64,000 bases of DNA from Planctomycetota bacterium (GCA_031409275.1 JANNXA010000051.1:192001-256000); one strand, 5' to 3'. Shown: positions 33,301 through 42,374, numbered from the stretch's first letter. Notes: a model not told the origin generated them from the letters alone. Translations and numbers: made by a program.

Positions 33301-35459
33301 CCGCGACAGAAGGCGGTCACGTGGTACCAGGTGTCCGCTTCCAGCACGAGCCCATCGGTGAAGTCGTAGACGAGCTTCGACGTGTAGAGGTCGTCCTGCG
33401 ACGCGCGCAGGAACGCATCGTTCACCTCGAACTCGAGCCGCGACTTGACGAAGCGCAGCCGCACGCGATCGGAGAGGTCGGGGTTGCTCGCCTGAGCGTT
33501 GCACTTCCAGTCGAAGAGCGTCTGTTCGCCGCCGAGGTCGCGGCCGGGGTTCCACCACATCGAGACGCCGAACGGTCGCGGTCGCTCGACGCCCGACACG
33601 TTCTGGGAGATCGCGACGCCCGGATTGCTGCCGTCCGGCTTGAAGCTCTGCGGCCCTTCGGAGAGGCGCCAACCTTCGGCGTCGGTGGAGACGATGTCAC
33701 CGCGGCGACCGTCGAAGTGCCAGGTGCGGTCGAAGTTCACGGCCTGCAGGTCGTACCACGCCGTGACCAGCCGAGCGCCGCTGTCGGTCACCTCTTCGGA
33801 CGGGAAGCGCGAGCGCGGCGCCGACATCGCCAGCAAGCGGGTCGGCGGATCGGCGGCGCCGAGTCCGCCGCTGAAGAAGTTGAGGTTCTCCGGAGCGGTC
33901 GTCCAGCCGCGCGCCATGCGGTTCAGCCGCCACGGCTCGTCGAAGTCGCGCTGCGTCTTGAAGAGCCGCACGCTGCGGCCGGCACCCGCGGTCGCCACCA
34001 TCTCGCGCACGAAGGCGCGTGCTCGCTCGCGGCCGTTCAGCTCGAAGTTGAGGCTCGCGGCGGTGCGCACCTCGACGAGCCCATCGCTCGCGTAGCAGAA
34101 GGGGGCCGTGCCGTACTCGAGGTCGTAGCAGCCCGAGTGCTCGGCGTTCAGCAGGATGGCGAGCCGCTGCTCGCCTTCGAGGTTCTTCTCGCGTTCCACC
34201 ATCGAGTCGAGCAGCGTGATCAGCTCGCGCATTCCAGGCAGAGGCCGCGCGCGCTCGATGCGCTCGGCGACCCGCTCGGCCGCGGCGCGATTGACCTCGC
34301 GCGTGGCGCCGCGCAGCTTCAACCCCTCCATCAGCAGCACCAGCGTCTCGCGCGAGGCGCTGTTGATGTTCACCGCATGCGGCAGCAGGAACTCGACCTG
34401 CGCCTGTCCCGCCGCGGCGTCGATCAGCAGCGGCATCTCGAGCTGCAACGACGCGCCGTCGTCGCGCTGGCTGCTGCGCAGCACGATGCCGTAGTCGCTG
34501 CGCCCGCCGAAGGCGGTGACCTTCGCCAACGTGCCGCGACCGGCGAACTGCCCCTGCCCGATGCGCAGCTCGCTGCTGGTGCCGCTGGTGATCTCCGACA
34601 GCACGCGCTGCGGGTTGCCGAAACGGGCGCGATTGCCATCGAGCGCGTCGACCGTCGCGAACTGTTCGAGGCGGGCGCGCGCCTCGACGCTCAGCGCACC
34701 CTGGCCGAGGCGTTCGATGGCCAGCGCGTGGAGCGGCGTGTCGAAGCGCGACTCCTGGCCCTGCACGGCCTTGTAGAGCCAGTTCGCCACCATCCAGGCA
34801 CGGAAGTCGAGGACATCGGTGCCCGCGTCATGTTCGCGCGGCTCGAGGTTCATCGTGGCCGGCATCCACACACCGGGCACGACCGCCGGACGGCGCAGGT
34901 CGAAGACGCTGCTGCCTTCCTTGCGTGCGTAGTAGGTGATCTCGCCGTCGATCCAGAGGAAGCCCGAGTCCTGCAGGAAATCGCCGTCGGCCAGCCGCAC
35001 CTGCTTGTCCTCGGGCGTCAGCTTCGACGAGAGCGTCGTCGCCATTCCCAGCAGTCGCGCCACCAGGAAGAGATTGGCGGCGTTCAGGTCGATGCGGCCC
35101 GACTGATCCTCGATCGCCGCGGAAAGTAGGCGGCCGCGCGGCCCGAGGTCCTCGATGCCCAGCAGGCGCGCCGTCGCCTCGACGTCGATCGTCATCTCGT
35201 CGGCCGCGTCGCTCCAGGGCGTCTCGTCGCGATCGGGAGCCGTTTCTCCCATGTGCGTCAACGCGAGGTCGCGCACCGCCAACGCGGAACGACGCGCTTC
35301 ATCGTCGCCGACGCGGAAGGCGACGCCGCCCTGCTCGTGGCGCATCGACAAAGCGAACGGGATCGCCACCGAGATCAGGCAGACCAGCACCGCAAGCACC
35401 AGCGGCAGCGCCACGCCGCGCTGGTCGCGAGATTCGTTCATGAGCATGCTCCGGATCAC
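30390..35459 (-). CDS. Giant GspK/PilX-like minor pilin with LamG-like domain and repeated beta modules (~1690 aa)
   Basis: QRG|VALPLVL (no Glu5, K-type), EDQSGRIDLNAA and VNINSAS GspK motifs; LamG elements SMWWNP, WYHV, LFVDG, VDEVRI; start may be 35447 or 35441. Confidence 0.85.
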   Translation of the reverse strand: MIRSMLMNESRDQRGVALPLVLAVLVCLISVAIPFALSMRHEQGGVAFRVGDDEARRSALAVRDLALTHMGETAPDRDETPWSDAADEMTIDVEATARLLGIEDLGPRGRLLSAAIEDQSGRIDLNAANLFLVARLLGMATTLSSKLTPEDKQVRLADGDFLQDSGFLWIDGEITYYARKEGSSVFDLRRPAVVPGVWMPATMNLEPREHDAGTDVLDFRAWMVANWLYKAVQGQESRFDTPLHALAIERLGQGALSVEARARLEQFATVDALDGNRARFGNPQRVLSEITSGTSSELRIGQGQFAGRGTLAKVTAFGGRSDYGIVLRSSQRDDGASLQLEMPLLIDAAAGQAQVEFLLPHAVNINSASRETLVLLMEGLKLRGATREVNRAAAERVAERIERARPLPGMRELITLLDSMVEREKNLEGEQRLAILLNAEHSGCYDLEYGTAPFCYASDGLVEVRTAASLNFELNGRERARAFVREMVATAGAGRSVRLFKTQRDFDEPWRLNRMARGWTTAPENLNFFSGGLGAADPPTRLLAMSAPRSRFPSEEVTDSGARLVTAWYDLQAVNFDRTWHFDGRRGDIVSTDAEGWRLSEGPQSFKPDGSNPGVAISQNVSGVERPRPFGVSMWWNPGRDLGGEQTLFDWKCNAQASNPDLSDRVRLRFVKSRLEFEVNDAFLRASQDDLYTSKLVYDFTDGLVLEADTWYHVTAFCRGNRAGQMALFVDGKPRGKWSHYTRLSGSFTASTQGTARIPVDVKRLADGTAKFPPRGAVRVGNEVVEYSAVSGSTFTVSRDDKNHFGGLRPALSLQQQSGSGGGGATGVSHPSSEGVELYGYSARLVTDVPAGSATLGADGLPAWGVAKVASSMAQVQIEMDVQQRGGGGGGPPQPINLGRGFDADVNAIGVSALDGGKLPADGPLSKGGGYAALIGYYFGTLTPRDDQNNQAGQLDSFKTTTKSWVNGVEIIHYGGFDGTQLTNVRRGQVVAAELANTDLGEFSATAAPNTNTVFHFCERHAFVVAPNKRVFADYVPAEFTTLVVPLSVVVTGNVKTALLVPEQVTGAEDRCEMAQIGSPSGDGVFDPTEWIRYDSIVQDQNGAMNLLRSDAKRLFAAEQVACGFNRPSGRSDTWDPSLNTTDYLYAIAASPGNFKLGQSAYDDFVEALNQENLLGGDPDMRLGNSPPHALAFRGVLDTGAKDKKHGSGESVYPVFRVARSGPKPGRYDEITIVGAFNERPERHFLNYAWSQDSAEDWAGECHVALLAESAATRFVVPPSLGIANTNATNIVANLTFSSDSRNFARILKFPSGELPSRWDGASELTVGGSAGGGGGGGDGAKVDEVRIFAAEDPQPIFAHGMHVLNREIAATESDRFEIADDLLRFPHDQFGQIGATVSLHQDACVWQFGDEFIIGGERNLGQPVVQQIAADGRLRFGGDTGYHGPGETGYVLPWLVMTRLAGGMSTSDEQIALTDPAGFPPHGCVMIDQEVLAYSGRAGNGGPASLYVPTYLDDPTGRSSRTTGDAAFRGRYGTPVMTHAADSVVFFWPYRYADGYQDRCEIPELATLELQVAARRGLYHALTWSESKGDPLARLIATVRVQGRGNFAGDPALDPDLFVFDSPGTREKPNLLDRQGDLLRVRFNVDYREGAFDPVEFARNSWKRAPLLEAVAVEYLADRVVLRHEESR

Positions 35460-36532
35460 TGCACATCCCCGAGCAGACCGACACGAATCCAGGTGGAGAT
35501 CGGCTTCTTGTCCGGCTCGCTGGCCGGCGTCAGAAGTTCGAGTTCGGCGGGCGCCTGATGGAATCGCGGATCGAGCGCGCCATCCGGCCCGAAGCCCACC
35601 AGGCGGTTGCCGGTCCCAAGCTCCATGTCGCGCAGCTCCTGGGAATCACCGGCGAAGATGCCCCACTTGAGTTCGTCGACCACGAATCCCGCGGCCTCGT
35701 CGTAGCTGCCGATCAGCAACGAGGTGCCGGGATCGGGCAGGAAGGGCGCGCGTACCGCCAACGCGAGTTCCGCGACCACGGCGTCGTCCGCGGTGAGCCG
35801 CAGCTGCGCGCCGTCGAAGGTCACCGCCAGCTTGACGAAACGGCCCGCGATCAGGATCGGCTCGGTACTCGAGACCGACTGGAACGCGGGCCGCGGATCG
35901 CCCGCCGAATCGCGCACCTCGACCTGCACCTGGACGCTGACGCCGCCATCGGCGGTCGCCTGCACCAGCAGCGACTTGCCCTTGGTGAAGAGGACCTGGC
36001 TGCGACGCTGATCGACGGCGAGGAAGGCCTCGAGCGCGAAGCCGTCGCGCGACTCGAAGGCCGGAGTGGGCAGCAGCTCGATCCACGACTTCTCGCGATC
36101 GGAGAGGCGGACCGCCTTGCCGACCACTCCTTGCGCGAACTCCTCGAGCCCCGCACCGCGACCGTCGGTTGGCCAGCCCGAGAGGTCGGTCGCTTCGAAG
36201 TGCCAGCCCGCGATGGTCTTGCGGCCGACCGCGCTCACCTGCGGCCACGTTTCGTCGTTGCCCGCCTCGAGGCGCACGGTCGCCGGCGCGTTCTCGGCGA
36301 TGGCGAACAGGCGCGCCTGGCGCAGCGCATCGAGGACGGCGCGGCGGGCGATGTCGCGGCTCGGGATGCTGCGGCGGAAGGCGCCGACCGAAATGCCCAT
36401 CAGCACGCCGACGATCGCCAGCACCACCAGCATCTCGATCAGCGTGAAGCCGCGCGGGGCGGCACGCCGTCCCGTGGCAAGCGGCGCCACGCGCGGGCGC
36501 GGCAGCAGCGGCCTAGAAGTTGGTGACGTCAT
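35456..36532 (-). CDS. Minor (pseudo)pilin, GspH/FimT-like, with inserted LamG-like domain
   Basis: RG|FTLIEMLVVLAI; LRQAR..AI; W.FE..G..GKA, F.LEAF, LAVTFDG..LRL..D, LLIG..VDELK; C-terminal F.PDG. Confidence 0.85.
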   Translation of the reverse strand: MTSPTSRPLLPRPRVAPLATGRRAAPRGFTLIEMLVVLAIVGVLMGISVGAFRRSIPSRDIARRAVLDALRQARLFAIAENAPATVRLEAGNDETWPQVSAVGRKTIAGWHFEATDLSGWPTDGRGAGLEEFAQGVVGKAVRLSDREKSWIELLPTPAFESRDGFALEAFLAVDQRRSQVLFTKGKSLLVQATADGGVSVQVQVEVRDSAGDPRPAFQSVSSTEPILIAGRFVKLAVTFDGAQLRLTADDAVVAELALAVRAPFLPDPGTSLLIGSYDEAAGFVVDELKWGIFAGDSQELRDMELGTGNRLVGFGPDGALDPRFHQAPAELELLTPASEPDKKPISTWIRVGLLGDVQ

Positions 36533-37142
36533 CCTCGGTCCCGAAGATGCGGTCGCTGCCGGCCGAGATCAGCTGGTAGCGATCGGCATTGGCCCAACCA
36601 CCGGTCTTCTCCGACTTGCGCGCGGTGACGCGCTGCTCGGGATCGTTCGGATCGGCAGGATCCGCCATCAGGTAGCGCGCTTCCTTGCCGTAGCAGTCGG
36701 GCGTGAAGTAGGCGATCGGGTTGCCCCATCCGTCGACCACTTCCATCAGCTTCGTGACGCCCGCGTCGCGGTGGTAGGGCGTCGCGGTCGCATCGTCGTC
36801 GGTGTTCTCGATCGACGCGTCGCGGACGTTGTTCCCTTCCGGATAGCTCTTGGCGTGCAGCGCCACGTAGAGCGCCTCGGCCCCCTCATTGAGGTCGTTG
36901 TCGGCGCGCACTTTCTGCGGCGCCAGCATGCACGGAGGCGGGCCGCCCTTCTTCGTCTCGTACGACGTGATCAGGATCTCGAGCTCGGCGATGGTGGCCG
37001 AGGTCTTGGTGACGTAGCCCTGCTCCTTCTGACGGCCGAAGGCGAAGATCGCGAGGCTCATCAGCAAGCCCAGGATCGCCAGGACGGCCAGCACTTCGAT
37101 CAGGGTGAAACCCTGCATTCGTCGCCTTCGCTGCGGTCCCAT
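36513..37142 (-). CDS. Major (pseudo)pilin, GspG-like
   Basis: RRRRMQG|FTLIEVLAVLAILGLL; Y....G.PP; DGWGNP..Y and YQLISAG.D..FGTEDD..NF (T2SS G C-terminus). Confidence 0.9.
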   Translation of the reverse strand: MGPQRRRRMQGFTLIEVLAVLAILGLLMSLAIFAFGRQKEQGYVTKTSATIAELEILITSYETKKGGPPPCMLAPQKVRADNDLNEGAEALYVALHAKSYPEGNNVRDASIENTDDDATATPYHRDAGVTKLMEVVDGWGNPIAYFTPDCYGKEARYLMADPADPNDPEQRVTARKSEKTGGWANADRYQLISAGSDRIFGTEDDVTNF

Positions 37143-37186
37143 CGCCGAGCTCCTCTGCTGCACCCCGATCGCGCGTCGCGGCGTCG

Positions 37187-39898
37187 TCACTGCGCCAGGA
37201 ACTCGATGCGGCGCGCCTTCTCGAGCTTCACGTCGCACGTCTTGCCGCCGGCCGCGGCGCCGAAGAAGAGCGCCGAGATCTGCTGGCGCGTGCGCCCCTT
37301 CCAAGGGGCCATCTCGACCGGCGCTCCGGCCGGCGTGCCGTCGATCAGGAACTGGAATTTCTCGTTGCCGCGTTCCTGCCGCCGCAGCGTGATGCGGACC
37401 ACGTCGCCCGCCTTCGCGGTGTGCGTGCCGATCTTCACGAAGGCCTCGTCGCCGACGTGCTCGCATCGCTGCAGCAGGACGCTGCCATCGACATCGAGCG
37501 CCAGGGTCAACGCCGCGCGCAGTCGCGGCGCCTGGCCGGTCGCGCCGGCCATGTAGTGGACGAGCCCCATGCCCATGCGCCCCTGATGCGTCGGCGCGAA
37601 CTGGCACTCGACCTCGAGCTCGTGGAAGAGCGACAGCTCGACGTCGCGCGCCAGGTAGGTCCAGTTGGCGATGTCGTTGCCGGGCTTCTGCACTCCGGAG
37701 ATGCGCACGTTGCCGGGCGGCGTCGACTTGAGGTCGAGACCGAAACGCGTCTCCGCGCTCCAGCCGTTGCCGACCTCGGCCCACTGCAGCGTGTCCTCCC
37801 AGATCTGCTTGCTCTCGAGGTCGAGCACGGCCGCCAGCCAGCGCGTCGCGTAGGCGACGTCGTCGACCGGGGCGTTCTTCAGCTCGTCTTTCACCTGCAC
37901 CCACAGTTGCTGCGCCGTCGCGCTCTCGCCCGCCTCGTAGGCGCAGTAGGCCAGGCCGAGCAACGATTCGCTGGTGGCGCGCTTGGCCTGCAGCGCCTCG
38001 AAGAGCGTGCGCGCACGGCCGACGTCGCCGGCGACGAGGTGGGCGTGCGCCAGCAGGAGGCGCGTCTCGTCGCGATCCTCGCGCGCCAGCGACTCCTCGA
38101 AGTAGCGGCGGGCGTCCGCGCCGGCGCCAGCTTGCAGCGCGACGAAACCGAGCTCGTTGAAGAGGTCGGGGAAGCCAGCGCCGAGCTCGAGCGAGCGGCG
38201 CAGCTCGACGCGCGCCCCCTCCAGATCACCGGACTGCCGCAGCAGTCGGCCGAGGAAGTAGCGCACGAAGGCGTCATCGGGTGCACGCGCCGCCGCGTCG
38301 CGCGCACGCACGATCGCGTCGTCGAGATGGCCCGTCACCGAGCGAAGCTCCGCTTCGGCGACGGTCGCAGCGCCGGCCAGCAGTGGATCGACGAGCGCCA
38401 CTCGCTGCAGGTCGAGGCGGGCCTGATCGAAGGCACGCAGCCGCGTGCGCACGATGCCGAGGCCAAGCAGCGCCTCCGCCTCGGCGCGCGGCGCGTGGAC
38501 CGCGGCCAACAGCCGCGCGTAGCTGCCCTCGGCGTCGGTGAAGCGGCCGAGCGCGAAGTCGGCGGCGCCTTCGAGACGGAATCCCAGGAGCGACTGCGCG
38601 TCGATCTTGAGGATGCGCTTCGCCTCCTCCAGAGCGCGCGGCGCATCGCCCCGCTCGAGCAAGGCGGCGCCACCCTCCGCGATCACTTCCATGCGTTGCT
38701 CGGCGGTGCTCGACGACTGCTCGGCCTGGCTGAATTGCTGCAGCGCCAGTTCGACGCTCTCCGGCGAACCTTCGTCGAGCAGCGCGCGACCGTACGCCAC
38801 GCGCGCTTCGCGTTCGGTCGGGAAGCGTTGGACGGCGGCCGCGAGGCCGGCGAGGGCGCCCGAACGGGCGCCGGCGCGCTGCAACCAGCGCGCGTGGCGA
38901 ACGGCGAGGCCGGCGCTTTCGATCCCGGCCGCGCGCGCCTTCTGCAGCACCTGCAACTCGGCCTCGAAGTCGAGCAGCGCCGCGCGCGCGTCAGCGAGGA
39001 GCTCGTAGGTGCGCGACTGCCGCGGATCGAGGTCGATCCACTTCTCGAGCCGCGCGACCGCGCTGCGGTAGCAGGCCGCGTCTTCGGCACCGAGCGCCAG
39101 TGCGAGCGCCGCCGCATCGAGGAGGCGCGGGAGGTTCGCGCTGCTCCACTGCGACTCCGGCAGCGCCCGCAACGCGAGCTCGGCGCGATTGAACGGGGTG
39201 TTCGCGAAGTGGATGCCGTCGGGCTTCAACCGGTCGCGTTCCAGCGAGCCGCCGATCATGACGCGGTTGGTCTTCGGGTCGATGCGCGTGAACTCGATCT
39301 TCTCGGTCAGTCGCTCGAGCAGGCGGAACTTGTCCGCATTCTTGATCACGACGTACCACGGGCGCGGATCGGTGGCGAGGTCGAGCCAGTCGAAGCGCTT
39401 CTGGAGCTCTTCGTCGACGCTGCCGGCAGTGGACGACGCGACCGCGGGTGCCGCCGCAGGTGCTGCCGCCGGCGCGGCCGCGGACGCTGCGTCCGCCGTG
39501 TCGCCCGCGGGTGCCGTGTCGGCGGGGAACGCGTGCGGCGTCACTTGTGTCGGCTGGCGATAGAGGCCAAGTCGCGCCAGCGCGGCCGACGGCGAAAGCG
39601 GCGGCGGGACGTAGCTTGGGTCGCGCAACGGCGGGCGCTCGAGCTCGGCGGGCGGCATGGGCAGCCAATCGCGCGGCTCGCGGAAGACCTCGCGTCCGCT
39701 GCGCGCCCAGTCGCTGGCGCGCAGCGCGCCTCGCGGCGCGCGAGCAACGTCGGTGTACGCCAGCGCCTCGGCAGCGGGCGCTTTGCCGTTCTGCACGATC
39801 GGGGTCTTGAAATCTTCCGTCAGCAGCAGCGTCGCCAGCAGACCCGTCAGACCGACGCTGCTGAAGAAGAAGAGCTGCTCTTTTCCTGGGCGCGCCAT
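37187..39898 (-). CDS. Membrane-anchored multi-TPR protein with C-terminal beta-sandwich-like domain
   Basis: N-terminal hydrophobic segment, Pro/Ala-rich linker, many TPR-like repeats, beta-rich last ~200 aa; translationally coupled to the PilO-like gene. Confidence 0.8.
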   Translation of the reverse strand: MARPGKEQLFFFSSVGLTGLLATLLLTEDFKTPIVQNGKAPAAEALAYTDVARAPRGALRASDWARSGREVFREPRDWLPMPPAELERPPLRDPSYVPPPLSPSAALARLGLYRQPTQVTPHAFPADTAPAGDTADAASAAAPAAAPAAAPAVASSTAGSVDEELQKRFDWLDLATDPRPWYVVIKNADKFRLLERLTEKIEFTRIDPKTNRVMIGGSLERDRLKPDGIHFANTPFNRAELALRALPESQWSSANLPRLLDAAALALALGAEDAACYRSAVARLEKWIDLDPRQSRTYELLADARAALLDFEAELQVLQKARAAGIESAGLAVRHARWLQRAGARSGALAGLAAAVQRFPTEREARVAYGRALLDEGSPESVELALQQFSQAEQSSSTAEQRMEVIAEGGAALLERGDAPRALEEAKRILKIDAQSLLGFRLEGAADFALGRFTDAEGSYARLLAAVHAPRAEAEALLGLGIVRTRLRAFDQARLDLQRVALVDPLLAGAATVAEAELRSVTGHLDDAIVRARDAAARAPDDAFVRYFLGRLLRQSGDLEGARVELRRSLELGAGFPDLFNELGFVALQAGAGADARRYFEESLAREDRDETRLLLAHAHLVAGDVGRARTLFEALQAKRATSESLLGLAYCAYEAGESATAQQLWVQVKDELKNAPVDDVAYATRWLAAVLDLESKQIWEDTLQWAEVGNGWSAETRFGLDLKSTPPGNVRISGVQKPGNDIANWTYLARDVELSLFHELEVECQFAPTHQGRMGMGLVHYMAGATGQAPRLRAALTLALDVDGSVLLQRCEHVGDEAFVKIGTHTAKAGDVVRITLRRQERGNEKFQFLIDGTPAGAPVEMAPWKGRTRQQISALFFGAAAGGKTCDVKLEKARRIEFLAQ

Positions 39899-40692
39899 CA
39901 GGGCTTCTCCTCGAAGTCGCTCGGCTCGCCATCCCGTTTCTCGATCTGCAGCGCGGTCACCGACAGGTCGAGCTGCAACATGCCGAGCTCTCCCTTCACG
40001 GGCTTGACGCGCGTCTGGTCGATCGCGAGGAAGGGCGCGCTCGAACGCGCCGCCCCATCGACGACGGCGGTCAGCAGCGAACGGATCGCCTTCTCGCCGC
40101 CGATCACCTCGAAGCGGACGCGCACCTCGGAAAGGAAGCCGGCCGCCTTGCCGCGGGCACGCGAGTCGTCCTCGATCTGGATCGCACCGATGCGACGGAC
40201 GCCGGCGCTGATCGACTCGATGACCACCTGCTGGACCACGTCGAGCGCGATCAGCTGCCGGCGGATCTCCTCCGGCTCGGTCGGCGCCATGTCCTTCAGG
40301 CCGAGCGCCTCGGGCACGCGGATGTCCTGTCGCTCGGCCGCCTCGACCAGCGCGCGCGACGTCTCGCGATGACGCTTGAAGAAGAAGCCGCGCGGATTGG
40401 CCTCGCCCGCGGGGACCTGGAAGGCGGCGCCCGGCGCGTGGCGCATCGTCTTCACCAGCTCGGCGTAGCGCTCGCGCAGCGAATCGACATCTTCCTGCAC
40501 GTCGCGCACGAGGTCGTCGCCGATGCGGTCACTCTTCCCGAGCCCTTGCGCGGTGCGCGCCGAAGCGAAGACCACGCCTTCGTAGTCCCACTGCGACTGC
40601 ACCACGCCGCGGCCGATCAGCAGCAGCAGCAGCGCGCCGGCGACGATGAGGATGAAGCGCTTGTGTTGCGCCCAGAGGTCGGCGAGGTCCAT
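39898..40692 (-). CDS. PilO/GspM-like alignment protein
   Basis: N-terminal TM, coiled segment, ferredoxin-like C-terminus (VRVRFEV.G....R.LL, FL.I....V, LDLSV); directly follows PilM-PilN. Confidence 0.7.
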   Translation of the reverse strand: MDLADLWAQHKRFILIVAGALLLLLIGRGVVQSQWDYEGVVFASARTAQGLGKSDRIGDDLVRDVQEDVDSLRERYAELVKTMRHAPGAAFQVPAGEANPRGFFFKRHRETSRALVEAAERQDIRVPEALGLKDMAPTEPEEIRRQLIALDVVQQVVIESISAGVRRIGAIQIEDDSRARGKAAGFLSEVRVRFEVIGGEKAIRSLLTAVVDGAARSSAPFLAIDQTRVKPVKGELGMLQLDLSVTALQIEKRDGEPSDFEEKP

Positions 40693-42374
40693 CAGCGTCC
40701 CCCTGACGTCGTGCGAGTCGAGGCGCCCTTGGCTGCCGGTGCAGCCGCTTCGGCTTCGGGATCGGGTGGCGGCGCCGCGAGCCAGTTGAGGTTCAGGCGG
40801 TACTCGATCTGCCCGCCCTTTGCCGTCTGGGTCTCGACGACGTCCGCGGGCCGGAAGTCGCTTTCGGCTCCCAGCGCGCGCACCGACTCGACGAATGCCG
40901 CGTAGCTCTCATCGACGGAACGCGTCCCGCGCGACTTGCCGGCGCCATCGACAACGATCAGCGGCCGCTTGGTGGCGCGGTCGCGTGCGGCGCTCTTCTG
41001 TTCCTGCAGCTCCAGCGTGAAACCGGCGACCCACAGGTCCTCCGGCAACTCGCTGGCCAGCAGGCCGAGCGCCCTCACCACGCTGTCGCCGGCCGCCTTG
41101 CGTTTCTCCAGCACGTCGACTTTGGCGGCGAGTTCGCTGCGCTCGGTGCGCAGCTTCTCGAGGAGGCTCGCGTTGTTGGCGCGCTTGCGCGACTCGTTGG
41201 TGATGCGCCCGGCAGCGGCGGTGGCGACATGGAAGCGCTCCTGGCACTTCCACGCGTAGAGGCCGAGGTAGGCCAGCACGACGACGAGCGCGCCGACCGT
41301 GAAGGCGTGCTTGCCCTTCCATTCGCGGCGGCGCTTCTCCGCGCCGGTCAGCAGCTCGACCGACCACGACTCCGAGTCGGCGCCCATCACCGCGAGGCCG
41401 AGCGCGACCGCCATGTCGCGGCTGCCGGCCCCTTCGACGGCGAGTCCGGCGTCGGCGAGCGGATCGAAGAGCTGGACCGGGACGCCGAGGCTTCCGGCGA
41501 GGTACTCGTCGAGCCCCTTCATCGCGGAGCTGCCGCCGGTGAGCCACACCTTGGAGAGGTTCAGCTGGTTCAGCTGCATCTGCGACTTCGCGAGCTGCAG
41601 CGTCGACTGCACCATGCTGAAGAGACGGCCGGCGGCACCTTCGAGCGCGTAGCTCAGCTTCTCCGCCTGCGGGGTGAGGCCCGAACGCTTGTCGCGCGGA
41701 CGCAGGTCGCCAAGCTCGAGCTTGAGGCTCTCCGCCTTCGCCTTGCTGACGCTGAACTGCTCGGCGATGGCGTCGGTGAGCGTCTCGCCGCCCGTGCTGA
41801 CGCTGCGCGCGTAGAGGAGATCGCCATCGCGCAGGAGCGCGAAGTCGGACGAGTTCTTGCCGATCGACACGATCAGCACGTCGCCGCTGGTCGCCGGCCC
41901 GAACACCCGGAAGGCGTGGAAGAGCGCGATCGCGTTCGGCGTGAAGTGGCGCGCCGAGAGGCCCGAAGTTTCGAGTTCGGCCGAGCGCTCCTCGATGCGC
42001 TGCTCGCGCGACAACGCCAGCAGGACGATGTCGTCGTTGGTGAGGTCGGCGCGCGATGGCATCACGTTGAAGTCGGCGGCGAGCGTGTCGCCCGACTGGT
42101 TGCGGATCTCGTCGAGCTCGAAGGCGACGATCTTCTTCAGCTGGAAGTCCGCGACCGGCGGCACTTGCTGGTACTTGATGACCAGGTCCTTGCCGGTGAG
42201 GCCGAGCACGGCCTGCTTCGACTTGAAGCCGGCGGAGCGCAGTGCGCCGCCGAGTTCGCCGCCGGCAGGAAGCGCGCACGCGCGCACCGGCACCAGCGCG
42301 CCGCCCTGCATTTCGACCTCGACGGCCTTGATGGTGGCGCTGCCTTCGTCGATCCCGAGTCCGCGCGCGCCCAT
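40692..42374 (-). CDS. pilM: PilM-PilN fusion protein
   Basis: LGIDEGS..IKAVE actin-like start, IG...S, GG..LTDAI...F.....AE.LK, VWLTGGSS...GL.EYL...L..PV..FDP, AVALGLA; then TM, coiled coil and PilN-like LP.DLWV..F segment. Confidence 0.85.
   Translation of the reverse strand: MGARGLGIDEGSATIKAVEVEMQGGALVPVRACALPAGGELGGALRSAGFKSKQAVLGLTGKDLVIKYQQVPPVADFQLKKIVAFELDEIRNQSGDTLAADFNVMPSRADLTNDDIVLLALSREQRIEERSAELETSGLSARHFTPNAIALFHAFRVFGPATSGDVLIVSIGKNSSDFALLRDGDLLYARSVSTGGETLTDAIAEQFSVSKAKAESLKLELGDLRPRDKRSGLTPQAEKLSYALEGAAGRLFSMVQSTLQLAKSQMQLNQLNLSKVWLTGGSSAMKGLDEYLAGSLGVPVQLFDPLADAGLAVEGAGSRDMAVALGLAVMGADSESWSVELLTGAEKRRREWKGKHAFTVGALVVVLAYLGLYAWKCQERFHVATAAAGRITNESRKRANNASLLEKLRTERSELAAKVDVLEKRKAAGDSVVRALGLLASELPEDLWVAGFTLELQEQKSAARDRATKRPLIVVDGAGKSRGTRSVDESYAAFVESVRALGAESDFRPADVVETQTAKGGQIEYRLNLNWLAAPPPDPEAEAAAPAAKGASTRTTSGGR

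Noticed and set aside
30363..35129. 1588-aa plus-strand ORF and other long antisense ORFs (e.g. 11079-14690, 37421-40372, 41857-44631, 58814-61384)
   Set aside because: Shadow frames of real genes in high-GC DNA; Arg/Ala-rich with no motifs, while the opposite strand carries clear family signatures.
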